DNA from: an uncultured Verrucomicrobiota bacterium
Lineage (GTDB): Bacteria > Verrucomicrobiota > Kiritimatiellia > CAIKKV01 > CAITUY01
Reading direction: 5' to 3'
Length of the DNA stretch: 56,420 bases
Assembly: GCA_964568965.1 (NCBI GenBank)
Contig: CAZMSS010000001.1
Span: 1-56,420 of the forward strand
Under the pieces are notes generated by a model. It was not told the DNA's origin. It did not search any database and saw nothing but the letters and a program-made list of their open reading frames with translations. A program made the translations under genes and the position numbers. This document shows positions 19,901 to 26,897 of the stretch, in pieces (the first letter of the stretch is position 1; each line of letters begins with the position of its first letter).

Positions 19901-20090
19901 GCCCTATCGCGTGGAGATCAGCCGGCACTTGCGGCCGGGGCGGAACAGCCTGGTCGTGGTTGTCAGCAACTCCTTGTCCAATCGATTTGCCTGGGACACC
20001 TGGGGTACCCGCTGCGGCAGGTCGTGGGGGGTTACCCCGAAGCCAGACCCGTCCGGTCTGCTCGGCCCCGTGCGGCTGCTAAAAGTATAA
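16950..20090 (+). CDS. Large cytoplasmic glycoside-hydrolase-like protein (GH106-like N-terminal barrel, GH2-type sugar-binding beta-sandwiches at the C-terminus)
   Basis: The N-terminal motif APFWFWNGPLDPDVLAGQIREMADKGVHAAMPHPRFG matches what I recall from GH106-type rhamnosidases. The C-terminal segments WYSGRALYRTQVALP...AEVWVNGKL...PYRVEISRHLRPGRNSL are typical of GH2-N-like galactose-binding modules. Family assignment is uncertain. Confidence 0.65.
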   Translation: MKAPRTEPPGPAVHGLVHPSRDCSQAPFWFWNGPLDPDVLAGQIREMADKGVHAAMPHPRFGMDRRDYLGPAYWKAFSAVVKQAEALGSQVMLYDEYNWPSGGAGGRVTDGHPELYPHALDYVVRDVEGKVRLGVADLVASEPESSSTQSIVAAFLVPSDCPVQLSELPVGGSGDSELEVRPWGRLATDGASVAGQVPPGRHRLLVFILTRTSNPSPLDSGSGSFVDFMNPQTAKRFIALTHDQYARRYARHFGKTIPCIFTDEPQAMASGPFPWTGDLLREFQRRRGYDLRPHFVALVDDRYPRGWQHRAAYWQTVSELIDERFFEPIARWCRRHGIALTGHVFDELIGTWPTAPHLMNWLRRFDWPGIDALGPRVKITGAKIAASVAHLEEKPHFLCEALGLARGWNATLGMTKRGYNFLALMGVDILVPHAFFQTVENSRVECPPSFFLQNPYWKYYGSLAGMTDRLCAFNRLGRHVAPVAVYYPIESLWADGTGGKGQNVKPWECKNRGNVWASRTISAFDTALTACSAGEWDCDVVDAAALVKARVQADGGLKIGPEVFSCLVLPAMRTLATSAAERIQEFVRAGGTLVATGSLPCRSYPATGDASLDLRAAFAIPESAGTGEWAVGRGRVIVLANEADLRATLASRIAPNVRFVGGRNEQVYVAVRRNDEATAWLVVNDGSEPCAVELELPPHLLPEGCARLTAVDPVTGVCRPLPCRITANGLQVTCRLEHTQAMMLVAEAALHPEISCPGAGDALPAKALALDRWTLQLVPRLLDEKWAAAAKPALVELPVWKATGRDWRRLEGWTRPEFNDSEWKTVTTQRGGALLDDEVVLFRTHLPPGAMALRMPLPVSGEYMLHVNGKLVEKRLGPAPKRGTLDLSKWVNGIGDVIALEVSSLSGASGLSAPVDVLCGPVELPRLMDWQQLRAGWYSGRALYRTQVALPRAVKGPVWLDLGRVEHYAEVWVNGKLATTLLWAPYRVEISRHLRPGRNSLVVVVSNSLSNRFAWDTWGTRCGRSWGVTPKPDPSGLLGPVRLLKV

Positions 20091-20098
20091 TGCCCTGA

Positions 20099-21235
20099 AT
20101 GAGGAAAATAATGAGGCCTGAAATTACCGACCGCTACTATCGCGTGTATACCTACCAGCAGACGGACCGTGTTCCGGATGTGGAGTTCGGTTACTGGCCC
20201 CAGACCATTCGTCGCTGGCTGCGAGAAGGCATGCCGCTCGAGCTGACCCCCGCCGAACAGAACGAGATGTTCTCCCGTAAAGTGAGCCAGTTCATGGGGT
20301 TAGACCGGCAACCCCAGGGGTGGATCTGCCTGAATACCGGGATGAACCCGGAATTTGAATACCAGGTGCTTGAAAAACGGGAGCACTCGACCGTTGTGCG
20401 CGATACCAACGGTAGCGTGGCCGAGCGGTTTTTGAATGACCAGGATGACAGCTCCATTCCGCACTACATTGATTTCCCGGTGAAGACGCCGGACGACTGG
20501 AAGGCCATGAAGGAACGGTACCGCATTGACGATCCTGTTCGGCTCGTCAAGACCGAGACGCTGGAAGGGCTCCGCAAGGCTGCCGGCGAGGGCAAGATGG
20601 TCACCATCCAGTGTCCGGGCCCCTACGGCATGCTGCGGGAGTGGATGGGGTTCGAGAATCTCAGCATGGCGTTCTACGAGTATCCGGAAATGATCCACGA
20701 CATGATCGAGCACATGACGGAACTATCGCTGCACCAGCTCCGGCAGATTCCCCGCGACATTCCGATCGACATGTCCTCCTGGTGGGAGGATATGGCCAGC
20801 AAGAACGGTCCCTTTGTCGGTCCGGTCATGTTCCGCGACTTCCTTCAGTCGCAGTACCACAGCATCCAGGAGGAGCTGAAGAAACACGGCATGGTGCTAG
20901 GTATCGTGGACTGCGACGGCAATCCCCACGACATTGTGGCCAACTGGATGGAAGAAGGCGTCAATATCATGTTTCCCTGCGAGGTGGCCGCCGGGGTGGA
21001 TATGTACGCGTGGCGCAAGGAGTTCGGCAAGGAGCTGCGCCTGAAAGGCGGTATCGCCAAGACCCCGCTGGCTGAAGGCGGCAAAGCCATTGACCGCGAA
21101 CTGGAACGGATCCGGCCCATGCTGGAGCAGGGCGGCTACATCCCGCACCTTGACCATCTGGTGCCGCCGGATGTTTCGTACCGGAATTATTTGGAATACC
21201 TTGAAAAGAAGCGTAAACTGATCGGGAAAATTTAA
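20099..21235 (+). CDS. Uroporphyrinogen-decarboxylase (URO-D/MtaA)-like family protein, function unknown
   Basis: Length is 378 aa. The N-terminus YRVYTYQQTDRVPDVEFGYWPQTIRRW and the C-terminal GGYIPHLDHLVPPDVSYRNY resemble URO-D-fold proteins common in PVC glycan loci. This rests on recollection and no diagnostic catalytic motif was checked. Confidence 0.6.
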   Translation: MRKIMRPEITDRYYRVYTYQQTDRVPDVEFGYWPQTIRRWLREGMPLELTPAEQNEMFSRKVSQFMGLDRQPQGWICLNTGMNPEFEYQVLEKREHSTVVRDTNGSVAERFLNDQDDSSIPHYIDFPVKTPDDWKAMKERYRIDDPVRLVKTETLEGLRKAAGEGKMVTIQCPGPYGMLREWMGFENLSMAFYEYPEMIHDMIEHMTELSLHQLRQIPRDIPIDMSSWWEDMASKNGPFVGPVMFRDFLQSQYHSIQEELKKHGMVLGIVDCDGNPHDIVANWMEEGVNIMFPCEVAAGVDMYAWRKEFGKELRLKGGIAKTPLAEGGKAIDRELERIRPMLEQGGYIPHLDHLVPPDVSYRNYLEYLEKKRKLIGKI

Positions 21236-21264
21236 GACCTTGAACGATCTGAAGAGGGAGACAT

Positions 21265-22941
21265 ATGAAGATATATTGCAAAAACATGATTTCCTTGTTG
21301 CTGTTGTCGGCGGTATGCATTTTTGCCGGTAGCGCCCTTGGCGCTGTCAAAATTGATGCGGTATTCTTTGCCCAGACGCATGTCCAAAAGCCGGACAGCC
21401 CCTGGTTCAAGCTTGTCGGCGACCGGGCGGCACTGATCAAGGTGAATGTGGTATCCCCCTCGGGCGACAGCGCGCCTCCCGTCGTGGCGCAGCTGACCTT
21501 GAAGGGAGCCGTGACCAATCTTGCGCTGCGGGGGCCCGCCAAGCTTCCCGTCTCGATCCCGCTGGAGCCGGGCGTGGTGGAGCACCGGTTTGACAACAGC
21601 TTCACTTCCATGATTCCGAAAGAATGGGTCCAGCGCGGACTCCAGGTGACCGTCAAGGCAGGCGATGAAACGGCGGCCTTCCCTGACTTGAAAGTCGGCG
21701 CCCCGACCGTGGTGAACATGACCATGTTCGACATTCACTATTTCGCCTATGAAACCAAAGATTATGTGGCGGGAACACTGGAGGAGCTCGAGGCCAAGTG
21801 GCCGGTTGCCAAATTGAACGTCCAGCGGGTGCCGAGGATTCTCTTCGATGAATTGATCGTGCCCGCCCGCGCGGGCCTTACGGCAACGAGATGCCGTTCC
21901 CCTGAAGATTACTTGAAGAAGACCGGAAAAGCCTTCGATGGAGAGCAGATGACAGGCCTTCAATGGAAGGATGCCTTGCAACTTGCCGGGGGACAAACCC
22001 GCATGAACCTTTTCCTGGTCAATATTTACGGCGTCAATGCCGGGGGTGATGCCTGGGATTTCGGGGGGGTCACGAGGGTTGGCAACGTGGGCACCCTGAA
22101 CCATGAACTGGGCCATGCCCTGGGTCGGCCGCATCTGAACGACGAGCCTGAATATCCCCATCGGGATGTCATGTATGGCATCGTCGGGCGCGGGCCCCAT
22201 GTCGGGCCGACGTGGGGGTTCGATCCGCGCATCGGGCTGCCGGGCGCGCAGCCGGGAATGCCCTACTTCATTCCCCCGGTTGTCCAGTCGAATTCGGTCG
22301 GCCAGACTCCCGGCATGTGGAAGCGGGACCCGATGCAGGGCGGCGGGTCGGGGGATGAGGAAAAGGGATTCCTGATGCGGTATTTTTCGGATTACTCCAT
22401 GCACAAGATGCAGGAATATCTTGAGAACAAGGTGGTCGTCTGGAGCGAGTCCCTGAAAAGCTATGCCACCTGGGATGATAAGACCGCATCCTACAGCAAA
22501 ATCCTTCCCGGCGACGGATACTCCCTGCCCATCGAGCGCAATGTCGAGGTCATCAGTGTCATCGCCGCGGTGAGTGCGGTCACGCCCCAGGCCAATTTCA
22601 TCTATCGCCCTATCGGGCCCTATGTCAGCGGGATGATCAAGCTGTATGACCCCACCGTGGCCGAAGACCGGGCGCTGGCCGCCAAGGGATTCGCCCCGCA
22701 GGGCGGGTGCGATGTGTCGCTGCGGGTGACACAGGGCGGAAAGGTAAAAACCTATATGTTACCCGTCGAGTGGAGGACCAATGACGATCCGCTGGTGCCC
22801 TGGAGCCTGACGACCCGTGGTGTGAACCTCCCCGCGCGCGACGGCAAGGTGACCCGCGTGGAACTGCTCCTGACGCCGGACGCCGAGAAGAACGGCCTGC
22901 CTGATAACCCGAAAGTCCTGGATACCCGGATCTGTGACTGA
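21265..22941 (+). CDS. Secreted zinc metallopeptidase (HEXXH; M66/StcE-like)
   Basis: A signal peptide is present (MKIYCKNMISLLLLSAVCIFAGSALG). The motif HELGHALGRPH has HELGH encoded at 22102-22116. The N-terminal beta-rich region reads AQTHVQKP...AALIKVNV. Confidence 0.7.
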   Translation: MKIYCKNMISLLLLSAVCIFAGSALGAVKIDAVFFAQTHVQKPDSPWFKLVGDRAALIKVNVVSPSGDSAPPVVAQLTLKGAVTNLALRGPAKLPVSIPLEPGVVEHRFDNSFTSMIPKEWVQRGLQVTVKAGDETAAFPDLKVGAPTVVNMTMFDIHYFAYETKDYVAGTLEELEAKWPVAKLNVQRVPRILFDELIVPARAGLTATRCRSPEDYLKKTGKAFDGEQMTGLQWKDALQLAGGQTRMNLFLVNIYGVNAGGDAWDFGGVTRVGNVGTLNHELGHALGRPHLNDEPEYPHRDVMYGIVGRGPHVGPTWGFDPRIGLPGAQPGMPYFIPPVVQSNSVGQTPGMWKRDPMQGGGSGDEEKGFLMRYFSDYSMHKMQEYLENKVVVWSESLKSYATWDDKTASYSKILPGDGYSLPIERNVEVISVIAAVSAVTPQANFIYRPIGPYVSGMIKLYDPTVAEDRALAAKGFAPQGGCDVSLRVTQGGKVKTYMLPVEWRTNDDPLVPWSLTTRGVNLPARDGKVTRVELLLTPDAEKNGLPDNPKVLDTRICD

Positions 22942-22945
22942 CGTG

Positions 22946-23317
22946 TTACCTTGCCGACGGTGAGGCGGCGATGACGACGAGGCCGCGTTGCATGAGATCC
23001 TTCAGGTATTGCACAAGAAGGGCGCGGGCCTCGAGGAAGGTAAGCTTCTCCGCGGATGCCAGTTCCATGACGAGCTGCTCCAGCGTCCGCTTGCCATCCA
23101 GCTTCGCGTAAAGCTCCCGGGAGAGCCCCGCCAGCTCATAGCGGCGTACACGCTTGGTTTTAAGGATCTTGGCGGCCAGATTCAACAGGCCGCTATACCG
23201 GAGGCGAACCTCCACGATCAAGGCTCCGGGATTGTGGTCCGGGGTGTAGGCCTTGACCCCCTCGTTCCGCACCGGCACGCAGTGCAGCTGCGTTTCGAAA
23301 TCCAGGTGTTTTTTCAT
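22946..23317 (-). CDS. PqqD-like small protein (RRE / peptide-chaperone fold candidate)
   Basis: The protein is 123 aa. The C-terminal half LYAKLDGKRTLEQLVMELASAEKLTFLEARALLVQYLKDLMQRGLV fits the PqqD winged-helix pattern. The ATGA overlap with the upstream gene is at 23314-23317. Confidence 0.55.
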   Translation of the reverse strand: MKKHLDFETQLHCVPVRNEGVKAYTPDHNPGALIVEVRLRYSGLLNLAAKILKTKRVRRYELAGLSRELYAKLDGKRTLEQLVMELASAEKLTFLEARALLVQYLKDLMQRGLVVIAASPSAR

Positions 23318-24168
23318 GGGGCGAGCAACTCCTTCTCATCCAGAAGTTCCACCTTGCGGGGAGCCGACTGCACCCAGGCGTAAATTCGTTTCTCCGTCGT
23401 GTCGTGCCAGATCCGGCCAACGCCCGGCCAGCGTGCGGCATACAGCTTGTCCATGCCGTGGGTGCCGCGGATTTCGGCCGTGATCTTCACGGATTCCATG
23501 CCGTGAAACGTGTCCCTGCTGCTGGTCAGGATACGCCCCTCATGCCCGCGCAACACATCGCCGAAAAATGATTCCAGGTTGCGAGTCCTCAGCAACTCGC
23601 GCGGTACACCCCAGCGGTGCAGGTCGACCTTGTGCATGTTCTTCCGTTCAAAAGCCAGCCATACGTCGGCCGGTTTGCAGGAGGCCTCCTCCAGCTCGAA
23701 ATCGCGAGGGAGGCGGCACCGGATGCCGAACAGGGACCATTCGCGCCAAACCCCGTCATTCGGCTTGCACGATTCCAGGATCGGGCGCCAAATCCGCTCG
23801 AACTTTTCCGGAGAAAATTCCGGGAAACTCCACAGGAGAACCTTGGACTCGCGCGCGAGGTGGGTCACCGCCGAGCAGGGGGCGCCGGCGGCGGGGTGCC
23901 CGACGAGAAACGCGCCAACCCGCCGGGTCTCGAATTCAGAGAAGCGTTGAAATGCCTCCTTGTCGAATTGTTTCAGGTAACGGCGGTGATATTCCGTCAG
24001 GATGCGCTTTTCATCCGGCAGGCGTTTGCAGGTTTCCCAGGAAAGAACGCCGAGCGGCCCGTGCCGGTCGGCAAATTCCAGTCGCCCGACCTGTGCGGCG
24101 ACGGAGTAACGCGACACTTCCCACTGGTCCGGGACCTCCGCGGTGAAGTCATGCCACGCAATGCGCAC
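23314..24168 (-). CDS. Hypothetical cytoplasmic protein (284 aa), no recognisable domain
   Basis: The ORF has a GTG start overlapping the TAG of the upstream ATPase by 1 nt. There are no TM segments. It is W/R/E-rich with no motif I can assign. Confidence 0.55.
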   Translation of the reverse strand: MRIAWHDFTAEVPDQWEVSRYSVAAQVGRLEFADRHGPLGVLSWETCKRLPDEKRILTEYHRRYLKQFDKEAFQRFSEFETRRVGAFLVGHPAAGAPCSAVTHLARESKVLLWSFPEFSPEKFERIWRPILESCKPNDGVWREWSLFGIRCRLPRDFELEEASCKPADVWLAFERKNMHKVDLHRWGVPRELLRTRNLESFFGDVLRGHEGRILTSSRDTFHGMESVKITAEIRGTHGMDKLYAARWPGVGRIWHDTTEKRIYAWVQSAPRKVELLDEKELLAP

Positions 24169-24914
24169 TAGGCGTCACCCCGCCCCCTGATGGAGCCGAC
24201 CGAGATGTTCATGGAGGCGGTGTCCTGGATCTTCTCGATGGCGCCATCCTTGATCCAGACAATACGGTCGGAGGCCGCCAGCATCTTATGGTCGTGGGTG
24301 GCGCTGATGACCGTGACGCCCTTCTCGACGGAGAGCTGCTTGAAGAGCGTAATAATCTCCTTGCCGGTGTTCAGGTCGAGGTTGCCGGTCGGCTCATCGG
24401 CGAGCAGGATGGTGGGTTCATTCACGAGGGCGCGGGCGATGGCCACACGCTGTTGCTGGCCCCCGGAGAGTTCGTCGGGCCGGTGCGTAAGGCGTTCGCC
24501 CAGCCCGACGTAGGTCAACACCTCGGTGGCGCGGCGGTGGGCTTCCTTCTCGTCAATCCCCAGGAAGATCTGGGGCAGGGCGGTGTTTTCCAGGGCGGTG
24601 AGGAACGGGATGAGATTGTAGGTCTGGAAGACATAGCCGATGTGGCGGCAGCGGAAGTAGGAGCGCTCGAGGGAGGTCAGCGAGGAGATCCGGACGGACT
24701 TCACGCGCACTTCGCCGCTGGTCGGCGTGTCGAGGGCGCCGATCATGTTGAACAGTGTGGATTTTCCGGAGCCGGAGGGCCCCATGATCGAGAGGTATTC
24801 CCCCCGGTAGATGTCCAGGTCCACGCCGCGCAGGGCATAGACTGTCTCCCCCTTGCTCTTGTAAACCCGGTCGATGCCCCTGACCGACAGCAGTATTTCA
24901 TCCGATTTCATCAT
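24168..24914 (-). CDS. ABC transporter ATP-binding protein, MacB/LolD/FtsE type (copy 2)
   Basis: Motifs are Walker A GPSGSGKST, the signature LSGGQQQRVAIARAL, Walker B ILLADEPT and the H-loop ATHD. The start is trimmed to the ATG at 24914 (MMKSDEILLSVRG) with GGAGAG upstream. The track N-terminal extension to 25037 overlaps the upstream gene. Confidence 0.9.
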   Translation of the reverse strand: MMKSDEILLSVRGIDRVYKSKGETVYALRGVDLDIYRGEYLSIMGPSGSGKSTLFNMIGALDTPTSGEVRVKSVRISSLTSLERSYFRCRHIGYVFQTYNLIPFLTALENTALPQIFLGIDEKEAHRRATEVLTYVGLGERLTHRPDELSGGQQQRVAIARALVNEPTILLADEPTGNLDLNTGKEIITLFKQLSVEKGVTVISATHDHKMLAASDRIVWIKDGAIEKIQDTASMNISVGSIRGRGDA

Positions 24915-24919
24915 CTCTC

Positions 24920-26890
24920 CTAGTACGGCAATGTGGTGGCGGCCTTGGCGAGGAACACGAGCCCGACCGTCACCATCGAAACGAGCCCTGCACCCACCAT
25001 GTAGCCGGCGCTCAGGATCGGAACGATCTTCCGCCAATCACTCCCGAATCGTTTCTGGAAATAGAACCGTCCGATACAGGCCCCCAGGAACTGCACGAGG
25101 ATCACATGGGGCAGGGATTGTCCCAGCCCTCGGATCAGCCCGTAGAACAGCATGAGCGGAACATTGAGGGCCGACATTGCCCACGCCACGCCCATCGCGA
25201 TGCTGAAGCCGGCGCCAATCTTGGCGACGCTGAACGCCTTCTCGAACGGCGAAAATTCCCCCATGGTGGAGGAATAGAGCAGGCAGGCATTCTTGGCCTC
25301 CAGCTCCCAGATCATCTCCGTGTACGGATATTGGGAGCTTGGGATGGGAGCCAGGCTCCAGATGAAACTCGAGAAGCAGATCATCGAGATGAGAATGATC
25401 GGGACGAGGATCAGGGCCGCCTTCCAGATCGAGGTGAACTTCGTTCCCAGCAGTTCCGCCTGCCGGTAGAAGACCACCATGCCGCTGAAGTTGGCCTTGG
25501 GCACGGGGATGAACCAGATGGCCACCCCCTTGTAGCCGGAGAGAATGAAGGAGAGTTCCCGGATGAAGGGGATTTCCACCACCTGGCCCGCCAGTCCCTC
25601 GAGCTTGGCCGACACATAGGAAATCAGCGGTGTATAGACAAACCCGAAGAACACCAGCAGGATCATCACGCCCCGGTGCCAGTCGACCAGCCAGCCGCTG
25701 AGCAGGATGTAGGACAGCACGCACAGGATGTAGGCGAGCACGGCGTAGCGGCCGGGAATATCACCGCGCCCCTCGGGCACGGTCGATCCCTTGCGCTTGC
25801 TCTTGTCGGCGGTCCGGACACTCCGGACCACGCCCCAGATGCCGATCACGGCAATCGCCAGGGAGATGCCGATTCCGAGGCTGAAGTACAGGTCGATGTT
25901 GTTCTTGAACAGGATCTGAACCGTGGAGTCACCCTTCTCGTAGGTGCTGAGCACGCCGAGGTGGTAAAGGATGGGATTGGCCGCCATGGTGATCATCAGT
26001 CCGATAAAGCTGCCGAGCATGGCGAAGAACGGCATGACCATGCCGACGATCACCTGGCCCAGGTCCATGGAGAGTCCCGTGGCCGTGGCGGGGAGGATAT
26101 CCTTCGTGAAGGTGGAGAAATCCGCGAACGGGATGGGCAGGACCTGCACGGCACTACCGAAGATCGCGCCTGTGATGGTGGGAATTCCGATGTAGATGGC
26201 GCCGAACCCCATGCCGATGGCTCCCCCAATGCAGAAGACGCGCCAGCGCCGCACGGACTGGGTGTCGCTGCCATCGTTGCCCTCGACCTGCTCGGCCAGC
26301 GCCGTGATTCCCTGCGCGCCGACCGGCGCCATGGGGAAGGGCAGCTTTTCAATATCGCTGGTCTGGTGGAAGAGCCCGTATCCCATGATGGCCGAATTCA
26401 AGTTGCCGATGAACATCTGGAACATGATCATCCCCATCACGGGGAGCCATTCCCACTGGAAGAACGTGCGGTTCTTGAGGGCCGCCTCGGAGGCGGGCGC
26501 CACCCAGACAGGCAAGGCCGTGTTGATGCCGAACGAGGTGGCCGCGTCGCTTTGCACCAGGAACTGCGTGAACAGCGGGGTGCCCTGCACTGTCTGCCCC
26601 ACAATGATGCCCGCCATATAGAACAGCACGAACAGGCTGGCGCGACTGAGCGAGGCGTTGGCCCGCTTGGCGATTTCAACGAACAGGATGACGGTTACCC
26701 ACTGGGCGGCGGGACCGATACCCGTGCCTGCCACCAGTTCCATGTACAGGCAGCCCGGGATCATGACCATGGCAAGGAACAGTGCCCCCAGCAGGGAGGA
26801 AAGCGAGAATCCCTCCTGGAACTGGGACGGCACTTCCATGACCGCCCGGAATTCCTCCATCTCCTTGTCTCGTTTGTTCAGATCAATCAT
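24920..26890 (-). CDS. Polytopic membrane protein A (~656 aa, at least 12 predicted TM helices), family unassigned
   Basis: The start is trimmed to MIDLNKRDKEMEEF. Many hydrophobic helices are present, including LLGALFLAMVMIPGCLY, WVTVILFVEIA, VFCIGGAIGMGFGAIYIGI and VMPFFAMLGSFIGLMITMAA. The conserved-looking loop HQTSDIEKLPFPMA is paralleled by YHEQLRYPLAS in protein B. Confidence 0.8.
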   Translation of the reverse strand: MIDLNKRDKEMEEFRAVMEVPSQFQEGFSLSSLLGALFLAMVMIPGCLYMELVAGTGIGPAAQWVTVILFVEIAKRANASLSRASLFVLFYMAGIIVGQTVQGTPLFTQFLVQSDAATSFGINTALPVWVAPASEAALKNRTFFQWEWLPVMGMIMFQMFIGNLNSAIMGYGLFHQTSDIEKLPFPMAPVGAQGITALAEQVEGNDGSDTQSVRRWRVFCIGGAIGMGFGAIYIGIPTITGAIFGSAVQVLPIPFADFSTFTKDILPATATGLSMDLGQVIVGMVMPFFAMLGSFIGLMITMAANPILYHLGVLSTYEKGDSTVQILFKNNIDLYFSLGIGISLAIAVIGIWGVVRSVRTADKSKRKGSTVPEGRGDIPGRYAVLAYILCVLSYILLSGWLVDWHRGVMILLVFFGFVYTPLISYVSAKLEGLAGQVVEIPFIRELSFILSGYKGVAIWFIPVPKANFSGMVVFYRQAELLGTKFTSIWKAALILVPIILISMICFSSFIWSLAPIPSSQYPYTEMIWELEAKNACLLYSSTMGEFSPFEKAFSVAKIGAGFSIAMGVAWAMSALNVPLMLFYGLIRGLGQSLPHVILVQFLGACIGRFYFQKRFGSDWRKIVPILSAGYMVGAGLVSMVTVGLVFLAKAATTLPY

Positions 26891-26897
26891 GGTCTTG

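Noticed and set aside
21232-22404. 390-aa ORF antisense to the metallopeptidase gene; also 15986..16951, 8459..9388 and 9800..10600
   Set aside because: The same reasoning applies. The opposite strand carries HEXXH, Fe-ADH, RsgA or Gfo motifs respectively, and these ORFs are R/G/H/P-rich with no motifs.
22946-24168. Interpreting the PqqD-like gene as marking a RiPP biosynthetic gene cluster
   Set aside because: No radical-SAM, YcaO, lanthipeptide, lasso (B2/C) or other RiPP tailoring enzyme is present in the neighbourhood, and there is no plausible precursor-peptide ORF. It is kept only as a peptide-binding adaptor hypothesis.
24915-25037. N-terminal extensions proposed by the ORF track (ATPase 2 to 25037, GH78 from 46987, GH127 from 51873, DapA-like to 45518, sulfatase from 40933, membrane A to 27004, membrane B to 36001, SGNH to 3407)
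   Set aside because: The extensions overlap upstream genes, are R/G-rich, and precede internal starts that have Shine-Dalgarno-like sequences and align with family N-termini or signal peptides.
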